This document shows, piece by piece, positions 20,101 through 29,312 of a DNA stretch of 38,812 bases. Each line of letters begins with the position of its first letter. The first letter of the stretch is position 1. A program made the translations under genes and the position numbers. The stretch lies in sequence record DRR723986_28180. One strand, 5' to 3'. Under the pieces are notes generated by a model. That model saw nothing but the letters and a program-made list of their open reading frames with translations. It ran no database searches and was not told where the DNA came from.

Positions 20101-20755
20101 CTATCAAACAAGTAATACCTTGACTAATCTGAGTATTGGTAATCATACAGTTTTTGTTAGAGATACACTAAATTGCGAGTATTCTTATCCTGTTTCGATT
20201 AGCGAAAACAGCAGTATTGCAACACCTCAATTTTTATTTTCAACTTATAATTATCAATCTGATACGGTTATTGTGGTCAATGTCAGCAGTCCCCCCACCG
20301 ATTCAGTGGATTGGTACTTTTCTCCTGAAGTAGTATTACTAGATGATAACAATGGTGATCCGATTATTATTCTTCCAGACACTGGAAGTTTCACTATCAC
20401 TATGGATGGTTATTATGGAACTTGCATTAGTTCAATTACAAAACAAATATTTGTTTCAGAGATTGACACGAATGCCGCAAACCCCTATAATGACAATGGT
20501 ATCAAATCTTTGACCTTATATCCTAACCCTACTAATGGGACTTTTACAGTTGACTTAGAATTCTTTGCTTCGCAATCTTGCACAATCGCAATTCAGGACA
20601 TGCCTGGTAACTTGATTGATCAAATTGATTACCCTGAAAGCATATCAATTTCTCAGAATTTTAGCATGGATTTATCGCTGAATAATGGCACCTATATTTT
20701 AAGGGTTTTCTCAGAGTTTGACAGCGCTTATATCACATTCATCTTGAACAGGTAG
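17126..20755 (+). CDS. T9SS type A sorting domain protein with Cys-containing Ig/SprB-like repeats (adhesin-like)
   Basis: Signal peptide GKG|Q, repeats of L-x-C-x-N...W...G-x-Y...NGC, an SprB-like GWTPFDYSKD..NLSIGNH motif, and C-terminal LYPNPTNG...GTYILRV. Confidence 0.85.
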   Translation: MTVGKKPNIAKGIYITFILSFFSLFGKGQELIEMNITLEPGGKIYDVVESPFGDAYIIVGDFVMTSPFSRKNFIVVNKSDFTVNDDAFYQLLNGGAGVNGIIRSVEVATRNITDGFGAIIAKHRYIFFGGEFTWINEGGNNDTVNGFASFRSIENFGGPFPGVNDFAHQNIALDFDYSGNPNNVIQPGWNQGIYDMIVDEDSLYISGDFTLDQFSTPPFGSSFDIGKININGFNYSPFPPTTGGPLGNVTPLKFIHKHDGYIYTGGDDGIQSRIAPDGSSGPTPTLVISSLPNNTYNGFYDAKTYQDSLLLMRIDMHSDENRGDEVYVINANTGMFEGSHPIMNYSPDNLNLASVTPYKNWLYGFDESLLNRGLIGYKNDGIPFVNVQPINWSGQTNLLTLGSFSHIDEAECQWIEENRFFVYSSDLTSTFGQARDGFAIYCLEPGDAEPFILYDSTICQGDTITFSVGDSDFADGYEWSYSGTGIDLINQGPPTTFLSTEAPTVNIAFFDNFTPGTLTVSPYSDCDSNTINYNRVYSTSVSLNITTNPLPNAIAGLDTILNCYNDTINLFGFSDTANVTYSWNKLNTPFIADSSGQTLTVTDSNYYILTVENPIGCKAFDTVRVDEDKLMPTFDPVTSGILGCGDTIFLLGHCNNLTDTLSWWQKSGSPDTLVNPAPATTEGNYDFYTQNLSNGCVAQIIPAIYVGENINPPNIEMVGYASIPVLTDLFVLDCNNPSVDLKLYSDTSNTVLNYVDNSYNNPIGDSITTDSAGTFYVHAVNLDNNCETTTIFTIGIDTIAPNILFDPITALNCSNDSLILNGSTNFNDTVMTWTNPLIPPSQNPLTVHTPGYYTLTISNNANGCSRADSILIIQDNSIDVIASNDTIVCDQAVATLFANYLGTISGITYLWNNGATTPSTTFLGGANSQAIIEINGDGGCYGTDTVQIDIPPFPVVDFTSFQPCGDPNSGYIVANPISGWTPFDYSKDSGITYQTSNTLTNLSIGNHTVFVRDTLNCEYSYPVSISENSSIATPQFLFSTYNYQSDTVIVVNVSSPPTDSVDWYFSPEVVLLDDNNGDPIIILPDTGSFTITMDGYYGTCISSITKQIFVSEIDTNAANPYNDNGIKSLTLYPNPTNGTFTVDLEFFASQSCTIAIQDMPGNLIDQIDYPESISISQNFSMDLSLNNGTYILRVFSEFDSAYITFILNR
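17145..17174 (-). promoter_or_regulatory. Candidate promoter for the leftward operon
   Basis: Minus strand ATG-N19-TATATTTG (CAAATATA at 17145-52). The -33 element has one mismatch to TTG. Confidence 0.5.
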
Positions 20756-20758
20756 CAA

Positions 20759-22507
20759 TTGAACTCAGCATTTAAATACTTAATAATCCTCCTTACATTG
20801 GCCACAAATGTTTATGGACAAAACCTAGATAAAATTGGGAAAGAAGGAATGTTAAAAGTTTCTGGCGGATTATCATTTAACACAGTTACCTACGCTCAAT
20901 CTGGATTGATTATTCCTACAAGAGATCCTTTTGCATGGTACGCATCTGGCAACCTTAATTTATCAATTTTAGATGTTTCCCTACCTTTCACATATACCTA
21001 TTCTAATTTAGCTGGAGGTAACTTCAGACAGCCTTTTAATCGAGCCGCAATTCATCCTTCATACAAATGGATCAAAACGCACATTGGACTTGTAAATATG
21101 AATTTTTCTCCATATACCCTTTCGGGTCATTTATTTTTAGGAGGAGGAATTGAACTCACACCGGGTAAATGGAAAATTCAAGCCATGGGCGGCAGGTTAC
21201 AGAAAGCTGTTCAATATGATGCGCTACTTAACAACATTGATCAGATGACTTATCAGCGATTTGGCTACGGTTTAAAAGTCGGGTATGAAAATAAAGGATA
21301 CAGCGGTGAGGTTATTTTGCTGAAAGCAAATGACCAATCTAATTCACTCAATTTCATCCCCTTAAACAGCACAGTAAGACCACAAGACAATTTGGTAATG
21401 AGCATTAAAGGGAAGGCAAAAATCATAAGTGGATTAAATATAGAGGCAGAATACGCTCTATCAGGATTAACGCAAAACGTAAATGAAATAAACGATTTAA
21501 ACTCAGGTTCACAAAACTTTATTCATCCACTAATCAATGGAAATGCAACCACCGATTTTTTTAACGCTTACAATGCATCAATTAAGTATAGTTTGAAATT
21601 TATGAAACTTGGATTTAAGTATGAGCATGTTGACCCGGGTTATTTAACTCTAGGAGGATACTATTTCAATAATGATATTGAGAACATCACTTTCACACCG
21701 GCCTTCACTCTATTCAAAAAAAAACTAAACATAGCATTAAATACCGGTTTCCAAAGAAACAATCTTGACAATACTAAAGAAGGTACAACAAACCGTTGGA
21801 TAGGAAGCGCTACAACTACTTATATTCCATCTTCGAAATTTGTCTTGACTGGGACATACTCAAACTTTAGCACGTTCACCCAAAACAGACCAGTATCTGA
21901 TCCTTTTTATTATCAGCCGGCAGACACATTAAATTTCTTTCAACTCACACAATCAGCATCTGGTATGATCTCTTATAATTTTGGAGAAAAGAGTATTAAA
22001 AGTGTCATTCAATTATTATATAATTATCAAGAATCTACAAATCTCTCTGGGAATGTCCAAAACGCAGGAGCTTTCGGAACAGGGGTCCAAACAAGTGAGG
22101 CAGGCATCCCTTCGAAAGTACACATGACAAATGCGTCCTATACTGCACAACTCGCTTCAATTGAATCTAATTTGACATTTGCCGCAAATATGAATAGAAC
22201 AAACATGTTAGATCAAAAATCTACTTTTTTTGGCCCTACTTTAAATTTTCAAAAAGGTCTGTTTAACAAAAAAGGAAATTTAGGTGCAGGAGTAACTTAC
22301 AACAGACAATACACAAATGCAGACTTAGCAAGTAACATCATGAATTATAGACTTTCTTTTCAGGTAAATCCGGAATTGAAAAACCCAAAATTTGGAAAAT
22401 TTGGAATTACGGCAAACGCCAATTTGATGCAACGTTTTGCTGTTTTAGCCACACAAACTAATGTGAGTGAATTAAATGTAACGATAAATTTGAATTATAA
22501 TTTTTAG
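20759..22507 (+). CDS. Outer-membrane beta-barrel protein
   Basis: Signal peptide VYG|Q, alternating amphipathic strands and C-terminal INLNYNF (BAM-type terminal Phe). TTG start lies 3 nt after the upstream stop. Confidence 0.75.
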   Translation: MNSAFKYLIILLTLATNVYGQNLDKIGKEGMLKVSGGLSFNTVTYAQSGLIIPTRDPFAWYASGNLNLSILDVSLPFTYTYSNLAGGNFRQPFNRAAIHPSYKWIKTHIGLVNMNFSPYTLSGHLFLGGGIELTPGKWKIQAMGGRLQKAVQYDALLNNIDQMTYQRFGYGLKVGYENKGYSGEVILLKANDQSNSLNFIPLNSTVRPQDNLVMSIKGKAKIISGLNIEAEYALSGLTQNVNEINDLNSGSQNFIHPLINGNATTDFFNAYNASIKYSLKFMKLGFKYEHVDPGYLTLGGYYFNNDIENITFTPAFTLFKKKLNIALNTGFQRNNLDNTKEGTTNRWIGSATTTYIPSSKFVLTGTYSNFSTFTQNRPVSDPFYYQPADTLNFFQLTQSASGMISYNFGEKSIKSVIQLLYNYQESTNLSGNVQNAGAFGTGVQTSEAGIPSKVHMTNASYTAQLASIESNLTFAANMNRTNMLDQKSTFFGPTLNFQKGLFNKKGNLGAGVTYNRQYTNADLASNIMNYRLSFQVNPELKNPKFGKFGITANANLMQRFAVLATQTNVSELNVTINLNYNF

Positions 22508-22510
22508 TGT

Positions 22511-22595
22511 GTTCTCGATACATCCGCCTGAGGCGAATATTCGAACAAACAAAAAATAAACTTCTTTTCTCCCACTTTGGTGGGATTAAAGGGGA
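22511..22595. repeat. Two short palindromic REP-like elements in the spacer before the toxin gene
   Basis: GTTCTCGATAC-ATCCGCC-tga-GGCGAAT-ATTCGAAC and TCCCAC-tttg-GTGGGA-TTAAAGGGG. Both are GC-rich hairpins in an AT-rich background. Confidence 0.45.
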
Positions 22596-22602
22596 TGACA
22601 AA

Positions 22603-25600
22603 ATGAAAAATTGGATAAGAAATACCGTATTGATGATTTTGCTGTTATTGGCAAGCATTGGTCGTGGACAAAATTATCCTGTTCAAGCATTTGTGCAATT
22701 GACACCTCCCTACTCTTCTTATTTACCTGATTATTCTGACCCATTCAACAATCAATTAAAAGTTCTTCTTACGCTAACAGATTTTTCTGTTCCATCTTAT
22801 CAAGTCAAATTAAGATTGCGTATTGAAGGACAGGGATATACCATTCAATCTGCAGATCTGACAAACTTCCCAGCTATATTGTTGAGCCCTGGTGTACCTG
22901 TAGAAATTTCGGGATCTGATCTGGCACCCTATTTAGCCACGCAAAATTTAATTTTCAATGGTATTGATGTCGCTAATTATGAGCAGAGCAAAATTCTTCC
23001 TGAGGGCCCTGCGACTATTTGTATTGAAGTGGTAGACATTCCAACGGGTGCGATTCTTGGAAACGAATCATGCGCTCAAAGTTGGTTTTACAAGCACCAA
23101 ACGCCTTTACTGAATTTACCAATTTGTGGTAGCGAAATCACTCCAACAAGCCCTCAATCAGTTATGTTCCAATGGACTCCAATGCACATGTCTATTGGGC
23201 AAAACACAAATTATCAATTCGAACTTTTCAAAGTATATCCAGAAGGAGATGACCCGAATGTTGTTGTAAGCAATCCATTTTTAAAAATAGCAGACATTAC
23301 AACAAGCAATACGTTTGTGTTGTATGACCTTACAAACACTCCATTAGAAATTGGAGAAGAATATGTTTGGCGGATTAGAGCCTCAGATATTACTGGTCGA
23401 GATTTGTTCAATAACAGCGGCTATTCGCAAGTATGCACGTTCACTTATGGCAATGTCGCTGGTTCTCTTTTAGATGGATATAATATTCAATTAAATTCAG
23501 TAGGCACGTCAAAAAGGCAAGGTAAAGCCACCTGGAACACTTCTGGAATTATTGATGAATACATTCTAGAAGTTAGAAAAACTGGAAACCCAAACTATCA
23601 ATGGTTCCCTTACCCTACAACCAACGGAGAATTAAAAGTTAATAATCTTGAACCAGAAACAGAATATGAATGCCGTGTTAAAGGAAAATTAGCTGAGGCC
23701 GAAACAGATTGGAGTAATACTTCTGTTTTTACAACCTTGGCTCAACAAGATTATGCTTGTAATAACGAAGCAATTCCTGGACTTCCACCAGTTTTTAAAC
23801 CAGCAAGCTCTGTAGGAACTGGAAATATTGTTCAAGTTGGGCAATTTGAAATGATAGTTGCAAGTGCTCAACCATCTGGGATTCAAGGATCTTTTACTGG
23901 CGAGGGAGTGATTTTTATTCCTTTCATGATGATGCCATTAGCTGTAGAATTTGAAAATGTCATGATTGATGAAAACCTTACTGTTCATGCCGGACGTGTA
24001 AACGCAATTACAAAAGGAGTTGCAGCTTGGGTTAATGAAGGAGTAACCCATTCCATCCCTGGCACCGTTGACAGCTATACTTCTGATCAACAAGATTCAA
24101 TCGTTGTCTTTTATTTTGGCAATGAATCATTAGAATTTGATTGGCCAACTCCAGGCAATACAGTAACGGTAACAGACGAATCTAACAAGCAATATGTTAT
24201 TGACGAATATGGTAATGTAACAGAGAGCTACATCATTGAATACGACAGTGAAAGCTTAGATGCAACAGCCAATTATCAGGTTATTTTCAAAGAAGCTTCT
24301 TCAGATCAATTTGGATTTGATGAAAAAGAATATGACCCTTGGACGCTTTACTATCCTTGTATCCTATTATCCGACAGCAGCAAATACTTCACATCATATA
24401 AGGCGATCAAGGATGGTCAAACGGACCAGGTTAAGGCAGAATTAATTTCTGATCAATCAGCCACCACCATCACCTTCAAAGATGAAGATGGGTCGACCTA
24501 TTCATCTTCAGTTGCTGGCAACACCTACACCATTGATTTAAACACTCTTAGTGACCCCGAATATCTATATGCCTATGATAATAATGGCTTAAAACTCGGA
24601 AAGCTGAACCTTATCGCCTATGAACAAAAAGATATAGATGTAGTTTTAGTTCCGGTTAACGGAGCAACGGCAACAAATGATGCAAATTTGACGAGCTATC
24701 TCAATAATATCTACAGAGCTGCTAACCTTAATTTCAACATCTCAACTGATTCGAATTTTCAATCGACATTTGATATAGATGGTAACGGCTTGCAAAGTGC
24801 ATCAGATGAAGAGCTGAGTAATTACTCAACTGAAATGAAAGCCTTACGTGACGAGTATTTTGACGCTAATCCAAGTGCGAATAAAGATGCCATGTATCTG
24901 TTCGTGGTTCCAAGTTTTGATGATCCTACAGCTGACGGATATATGGTGAGAGGCAAATCAATGGGCTTTATAAAATCAGGGGCAGCCGATAGAACTTATG
25001 CACATGAGTTGGGTCATGGTTTTCAGCTGAAGCACAGCTTTCCAGCAAATGTAAGCGGCTCAACAACAAATTTAATGGATTACAGCAATGGAGAAGATTT
25101 AGCAGGTTTTCAATGGAAAGGAATCCGTGACTTTTCTTTTGCATTCAGTTTTTTGGATGATGCTGAGGATGGGCAATACGCGGTTCAAACTTCATCCAAC
25201 AACAGGTCTGTTTACAAATGGTATAATGAAAATACGATTACCAGCTATGGCTTTAATTCCATTTACACACCAGGTGGAGATATTATTACCTTAAATAACC
25301 CTTCTTCGATTGACAATATTTCATTTGATGTATTGACCGGTGGAGTTGCTAGCTTTCATTACGGATCAAACCAATATTACGCCCAATATTCAATAATTGA
25401 GGGGGTCGGAGATTTAAAATTTATTGGTTATTTTATTTTTGAATATCAGGATATTTTAAGAAATGTACTAGCTGCTGACGACCCAACTTTTACAGATGTG
25501 TCGCAACCTTTGCCTGGTTCGATCACTTTGCAAGCTAACGAGCTCAAGAACAATCATGAAGCCTATTTTTCTGATTACAGCTTTGGTCAAACTGGCGCCA

Positions 25601-28293
25601 TAGCACTTGGAATGATTGCAGGTTCAGATGAAGATTGCCAACGAGAGATTGTAAAATGGAATGATAACAGTAATAGTGTTGGAACAACCGAATTTGATCC
25701 AGACGGAATTTATCAATATCCACTGAAGAAAGATTTTAACGCATTGTTGGCAACAGATATCAGCTCCATGAATCCAGTTCGACTTGATAGCACAGTGATT
25801 TCTGATCCTTCTGTTAACCAAGTAAAAAAAGATCTGATGTGTGAACTCATACAAATCTATGGCAAGCCTAGAGGTTGGGCAAGAGAATATGTGGAGCAGA
25901 ATTTGGCAATCAATAATATGTCAACCATTTATGAATTCGTCAATCAATCAGAAGACTTTTTAGATTATATCGTTGAAACGGCAAAAATTCATGAGCAAAT
26001 TGGAGATGATGTTTTTGTTCAATATTCAATTGAAATAAAAAAGCCTTACCTCACATTTATTGAAAGCTTGTTAACTGGAACTTTAGAGAAAAAATATGGT
26101 GATGAAAATTTGTCATGGGCAGATAAAAAACTCAAATTCCAGAATTTAGCAAACAACCTCAGGATTAAGCTAGACAAAGTAAAGCTAGCAAAACCAGGAG
26201 GGATGGACGATTATGATATAGTTTTAGGCATTCTCAGTGAATTTACGGATAATGAACTGACTTTGCTATCAACTACAGACAGATTAAAGTGCTTATCATT
26301 CCTGACTTCTGACTGGATGATATCCGATAAATCAGAATCTATTGCCAATCGTTTATTGGCTACATCACCTACTACTGAGGCTATCGCTTTGCTAGATGGA
26401 TTAAGGCAAGTACCCTATTTTGAAACAGGAGAAGCTACCTTATTTGAATGGCTGATTTATAGAATTGACTTTTCTGACTATACAGAATTTTGGCAAATTA
26501 TCCTTGAAAAGTATCAGTATTACGTTGATGATAAGTCAGGAGCGGCTACAGATGTTTACTTTATTCAATACGGTTCAGATAACAGTGGTGTAAATGGAGA
26601 TTGCGCAGATGTTGGTGATTGTATTTTAACAGATTTTGAGTTCAGGGCAAATAACAAAGTTTTTTATTCATTTGATGTGGTGACTGGATGCAATACCAGT
26701 TCTACAGGTTCTGGATCATACGGAAACAATACAAATACCTTCAACAATGTTTATGGAGAAACAGTAAGCTATGAAATTGACATTTATGAACCGGTGTTAT
26801 TTTTGAATAATTCAGATTTAAATTTAGTTGGTGATGCACTGCCTACTGGCGATTTTATTCCGGCAGTTCCAGCTATCTTTTTAAAATATGTGTATGACAA
26901 AGAATTTGAGCAAAGTACTTATGATATAATTGAAGTTGTTGCGGTAACAGCTGATTTTTTGACACTGGCTACTGGGCCTGGCCTAATTTGGAAAGCAGTT
27001 AGGACAGGCAAAGAATTGTTAGTGGTTTATGAAGGGATGCAAGTGGTAGCATCAACGGCTAATTTAGCGTTAAATGCAAGCGGGTCAGAATCTGACTTGG
27101 TAAATGCGTTTAATTTAATTGTAGGTGGCTGGGGAATTATTAAAGGTGGTACTAAACTGGTGAACAAATGGACGGATTTAAAGTCAGTTACTGATGAATC
27201 TACTGGGTTTAAACCGGTTTCGCAGGCGGATGCACAAGGGTATATTACTAAATATGATGATTATGCTAAAAATAGTACACCTACACCTGAGCAGACTAAG
27301 TTGTATGATTATTTGAAGGCGAAGGTGGGATTAAACAATTTTTCTTGGGTGGATAACTTATCTGGAAATGGCTGGACTGAAGCATTGAAAAACGCCTTGA
27401 AAGCTGATTTGAATTCTAACCCAAACTTTTTTGGCAATCTAAACAATGTGGATGGTGCTGAGGCGTGGAAGCTGGTTAGAGAATCAATCGGAAATTCTAC
27501 AAATAATGGCTTTACAAAATTTGCTGTTGATCCGAAAACCTTAGAGAAGGTATCTGAAATTATGCAGTCAGGGTCTAGTTTGCGAAATAAGTTTCCAAAT
27601 ACTTGGGAACAAGAATTTTCAGATATCTTGTACGCCAACAAAGATATTGGTTGCGCAACTTGTGATGGAACCGGAATTACGAGAGTTCCTAAAATGGATG
27701 AAATGTTGGATAACGTAGAACATATTATGCAGTTCGGAAACAAGCCGGGTTTCAATACGATAATGACTAACCTAAAAAGCAATATTCACAATCGAGATGG
27801 CATTCATCATATGATCACTTATATGAAGAATAATCAAGGAGAGTTTGCTAATGTTATTGAGTTTGAGTTTCGTTATGCAGATGACATAATGAACAAAGCG
27901 GATGTTTTGGTTGGCAATGTGAAGTATGAATTTAAAAGTTGGACTCCAGATATACCAAATCCATGGAACTCATTTTTTAGTGGTTCAGGAAGTTCTTATA
28001 CGCAAATGATCCGATACTTTGAAAATTCTACTAATATAAATCAAGTCAAATATGTATTCAATAGTCTGAAAGCTACGGAAAGTCAAGTTAAAAATGCTTT
28101 TAAGAGTTTGTTTATTAGCAGAGCAGATGACATGTTCAAACCCATTAGTCAAGGAGGACTTGGTGAAGCAAAAATGAAACAGCTCTTCGAGTTTGACAAT
28201 TTTCAATTTCAAAATGCAACTGAATTCAAAGGCTTATTTAATAATAATCAGACGTTCAGAGATAATGCTTTGAAATTTATAAAAGTTGATTAA
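22603..28293 (+). CDS. Putative polymorphic toxin: TANFOR-like domain, Fn3, zinc metallopeptidase, hydrophobic helices, C-terminal PD-(D/E)xK nuclease-like domain
   Basis: Signal peptide GRG|Q and YPVQAFVQLTPPYSSYLPDY (TANFOR-like). Also NLEPETEYECRV (Fn3), HELGHGFQLKH plus NLMDYS, CATC, and E..KADVLVGNVKYEFKSW. Real start is ATG 22603. Confidence 0.8.
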   Translation: MKNWIRNTVLMILLLLASIGRGQNYPVQAFVQLTPPYSSYLPDYSDPFNNQLKVLLTLTDFSVPSYQVKLRLRIEGQGYTIQSADLTNFPAILLSPGVPVEISGSDLAPYLATQNLIFNGIDVANYEQSKILPEGPATICIEVVDIPTGAILGNESCAQSWFYKHQTPLLNLPICGSEITPTSPQSVMFQWTPMHMSIGQNTNYQFELFKVYPEGDDPNVVVSNPFLKIADITTSNTFVLYDLTNTPLEIGEEYVWRIRASDITGRDLFNNSGYSQVCTFTYGNVAGSLLDGYNIQLNSVGTSKRQGKATWNTSGIIDEYILEVRKTGNPNYQWFPYPTTNGELKVNNLEPETEYECRVKGKLAEAETDWSNTSVFTTLAQQDYACNNEAIPGLPPVFKPASSVGTGNIVQVGQFEMIVASAQPSGIQGSFTGEGVIFIPFMMMPLAVEFENVMIDENLTVHAGRVNAITKGVAAWVNEGVTHSIPGTVDSYTSDQQDSIVVFYFGNESLEFDWPTPGNTVTVTDESNKQYVIDEYGNVTESYIIEYDSESLDATANYQVIFKEASSDQFGFDEKEYDPWTLYYPCILLSDSSKYFTSYKAIKDGQTDQVKAELISDQSATTITFKDEDGSTYSSSVAGNTYTIDLNTLSDPEYLYAYDNNGLKLGKLNLIAYEQKDIDVVLVPVNGATATNDANLTSYLNNIYRAANLNFNISTDSNFQSTFDIDGNGLQSASDEELSNYSTEMKALRDEYFDANPSANKDAMYLFVVPSFDDPTADGYMVRGKSMGFIKSGAADRTYAHELGHGFQLKHSFPANVSGSTTNLMDYSNGEDLAGFQWKGIRDFSFAFSFLDDAEDGQYAVQTSSNNRSVYKWYNENTITSYGFNSIYTPGGDIITLNNPSSIDNISFDVLTGGVASFHYGSNQYYAQYSIIEGVGDLKFIGYFIFEYQDILRNVLAADDPTFTDVSQPLPGSITLQANELKNNHEAYFSDYSFGQTGAIALGMIAGSDEDCQREIVKWNDNSNSVGTTEFDPDGIYQYPLKKDFNALLATDISSMNPVRLDSTVISDPSVNQVKKDLMCELIQIYGKPRGWAREYVEQNLAINNMSTIYEFVNQSEDFLDYIVETAKIHEQIGDDVFVQYSIEIKKPYLTFIESLLTGTLEKKYGDENLSWADKKLKFQNLANNLRIKLDKVKLAKPGGMDDYDIVLGILSEFTDNELTLLSTTDRLKCLSFLTSDWMISDKSESIANRLLATSPTTEAIALLDGLRQVPYFETGEATLFEWLIYRIDFSDYTEFWQIILEKYQYYVDDKSGAATDVYFIQYGSDNSGVNGDCADVGDCILTDFEFRANNKVFYSFDVVTGCNTSSTGSGSYGNNTNTFNNVYGETVSYEIDIYEPVLFLNNSDLNLVGDALPTGDFIPAVPAIFLKYVYDKEFEQSTYDIIEVVAVTADFLTLATGPGLIWKAVRTGKELLVVYEGMQVVASTANLALNASGSESDLVNAFNLIVGGWGIIKGGTKLVNKWTDLKSVTDESTGFKPVSQADAQGYITKYDDYAKNSTPTPEQTKLYDYLKAKVGLNNFSWVDNLSGNGWTEALKNALKADLNSNPNFFGNLNNVDGAEAWKLVRESIGNSTNNGFTKFAVDPKTLEKVSEIMQSGSSLRNKFPNTWEQEFSDILYANKDIGCATCDGTGITRVPKMDEMLDNVEHIMQFGNKPGFNTIMTNLKSNIHNRDGIHHMITYMKNNQGEFANVIEFEFRYADDIMNKADVLVGNVKYEFKSWTPDIPNPWNSFFSGSGSSYTQMIRYFENSTNINQVKYVFNSLKATESQVKNAFKSLFISRADDMFKPISQGGLGEAKMKQLFEFDNFQFQNATEFKGLFNNNQTFRDNALKFIKVD

Positions 28294-29312
28294 TGAAAAA
28301 TATAAAGCAAATTGACAAAGTTAACCACTGTGTTATTGACGACAATTTTGAAATCATTTGGTCGGACACAAAAATAACTGTAAATCAAGAAGAAATAATC
28401 AATGGAGAGATCTCTAGTTTCCATAGAGTTAATGACATCATTTTTATTCAAATGAACAGTGGAAGATACAGCATTGTCTATGATTTGATTACCAAATTGA
28501 AAAAAAAAATTGACTACGCTGGTAAAAACATTGGTGAAGAGGTGATATTGATTGGAAAATGGAATGATAGTTATACCGAAAGAATAACAACTGCAATTAA
28601 ATGGCAAAATGGGGCAGAATTATGGCAATCAAAAAGAGTTTATTTTCAGTGTGAGTTTATGGATGAAAATTTTATTTCAGTCGATAAAGGAGTAATATCT
28701 AAAAACGAATTATCAAGTTCTAAACCCTATTGGAACTTTGATTTAAACCAGCTGGGCAATTATAAAAACCAAGCAAATGAAGAGTGTTCCTACGAAGTCA
28801 AACATTTCATTGGAGTCTTAGATGATAAATTAATTGCACAGCTGTCGAATGCTACTTTTATATTTTTAAGTTTGGACAAGGGGGAGTTAATTGAAAAAAT
28901 AAATTTAAATGAATCTTTCGCCTTACCAAGTCCAGTTTTTTATGATGACGAGTTTAAAGCTCACTTGGTGGATATGGAGTTATTTTGGCTTTCTAATCAA
29001 AGACTTTTAAAAATAAATTTATCAAGTTTTCAGATTTCGGTAGTAAAAGACTATTTCACTGACCCCAAAGACCTTCAATTCCGTTTCATGAGCAACACCT
29101 ACTTTGATGGAAATATTTATTTTGTAGCAGATTTTGGTTGGCAGTATGTTACACCATCTTATGTCGGAGTGATGGATAAGGAATCAGGGGAAGTACTTTG
29201 GTATGAACAATTGAAGAACACGGGAGGTTTACCCGAAGCACCTCAAGCGACAGAAAATAGACTTTATGTAAGAACATCTAAAGGAGTTCTTCACGTCTTT
29301 GGGCAAGAATAA
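28293..29312 (+). CDS. Putative cognate immunity protein (cytoplasmic, PQQ-like beta-propeller motifs)
   Basis: Start overlaps the toxin stop (TAATG), and there is no signal peptide. Propeller-like motifs NGAELW, DKESGEVLW and RLYVRT. Confidence 0.65.
   Translation: MKNIKQIDKVNHCVIDDNFEIIWSDTKITVNQEEIINGEISSFHRVNDIIFIQMNSGRYSIVYDLITKLKKKIDYAGKNIGEEVILIGKWNDSYTERITTAIKWQNGAELWQSKRVYFQCEFMDENFISVDKGVISKNELSSSKPYWNFDLNQLGNYKNQANEECSYEVKHFIGVLDDKLIAQLSNATFIFLSLDKGELIEKINLNESFALPSPVFYDDEFKAHLVDMELFWLSNQRLLKINLSSFQISVVKDYFTDPKDLQFRFMSNTYFDGNIYFVADFGWQYVTPSYVGVMDKESGEVLWYEQLKNTGGLPEAPQATENRLYVRTSKGVLHVFGQE

Noticed and set aside
22507-22602. GTG-start extension of the toxin ORF
   Set aside because: It crosses the palindromic spacer, and the signal peptide begins at ATG 22603.
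27309-27782. 157-aa antisense ORF inside the toxin, and the other short nested ORFs in the track
   Set aside because: These are shadow ORFs of well-formed genes with no recognisable motifs.
20759-28293. Classical CdiBA two-partner or T6SS effector locus
   Set aside because: No POTRA, TPS or haemagglutinin motifs, and no VgrG, PAAR or Rhs repeats recognised.
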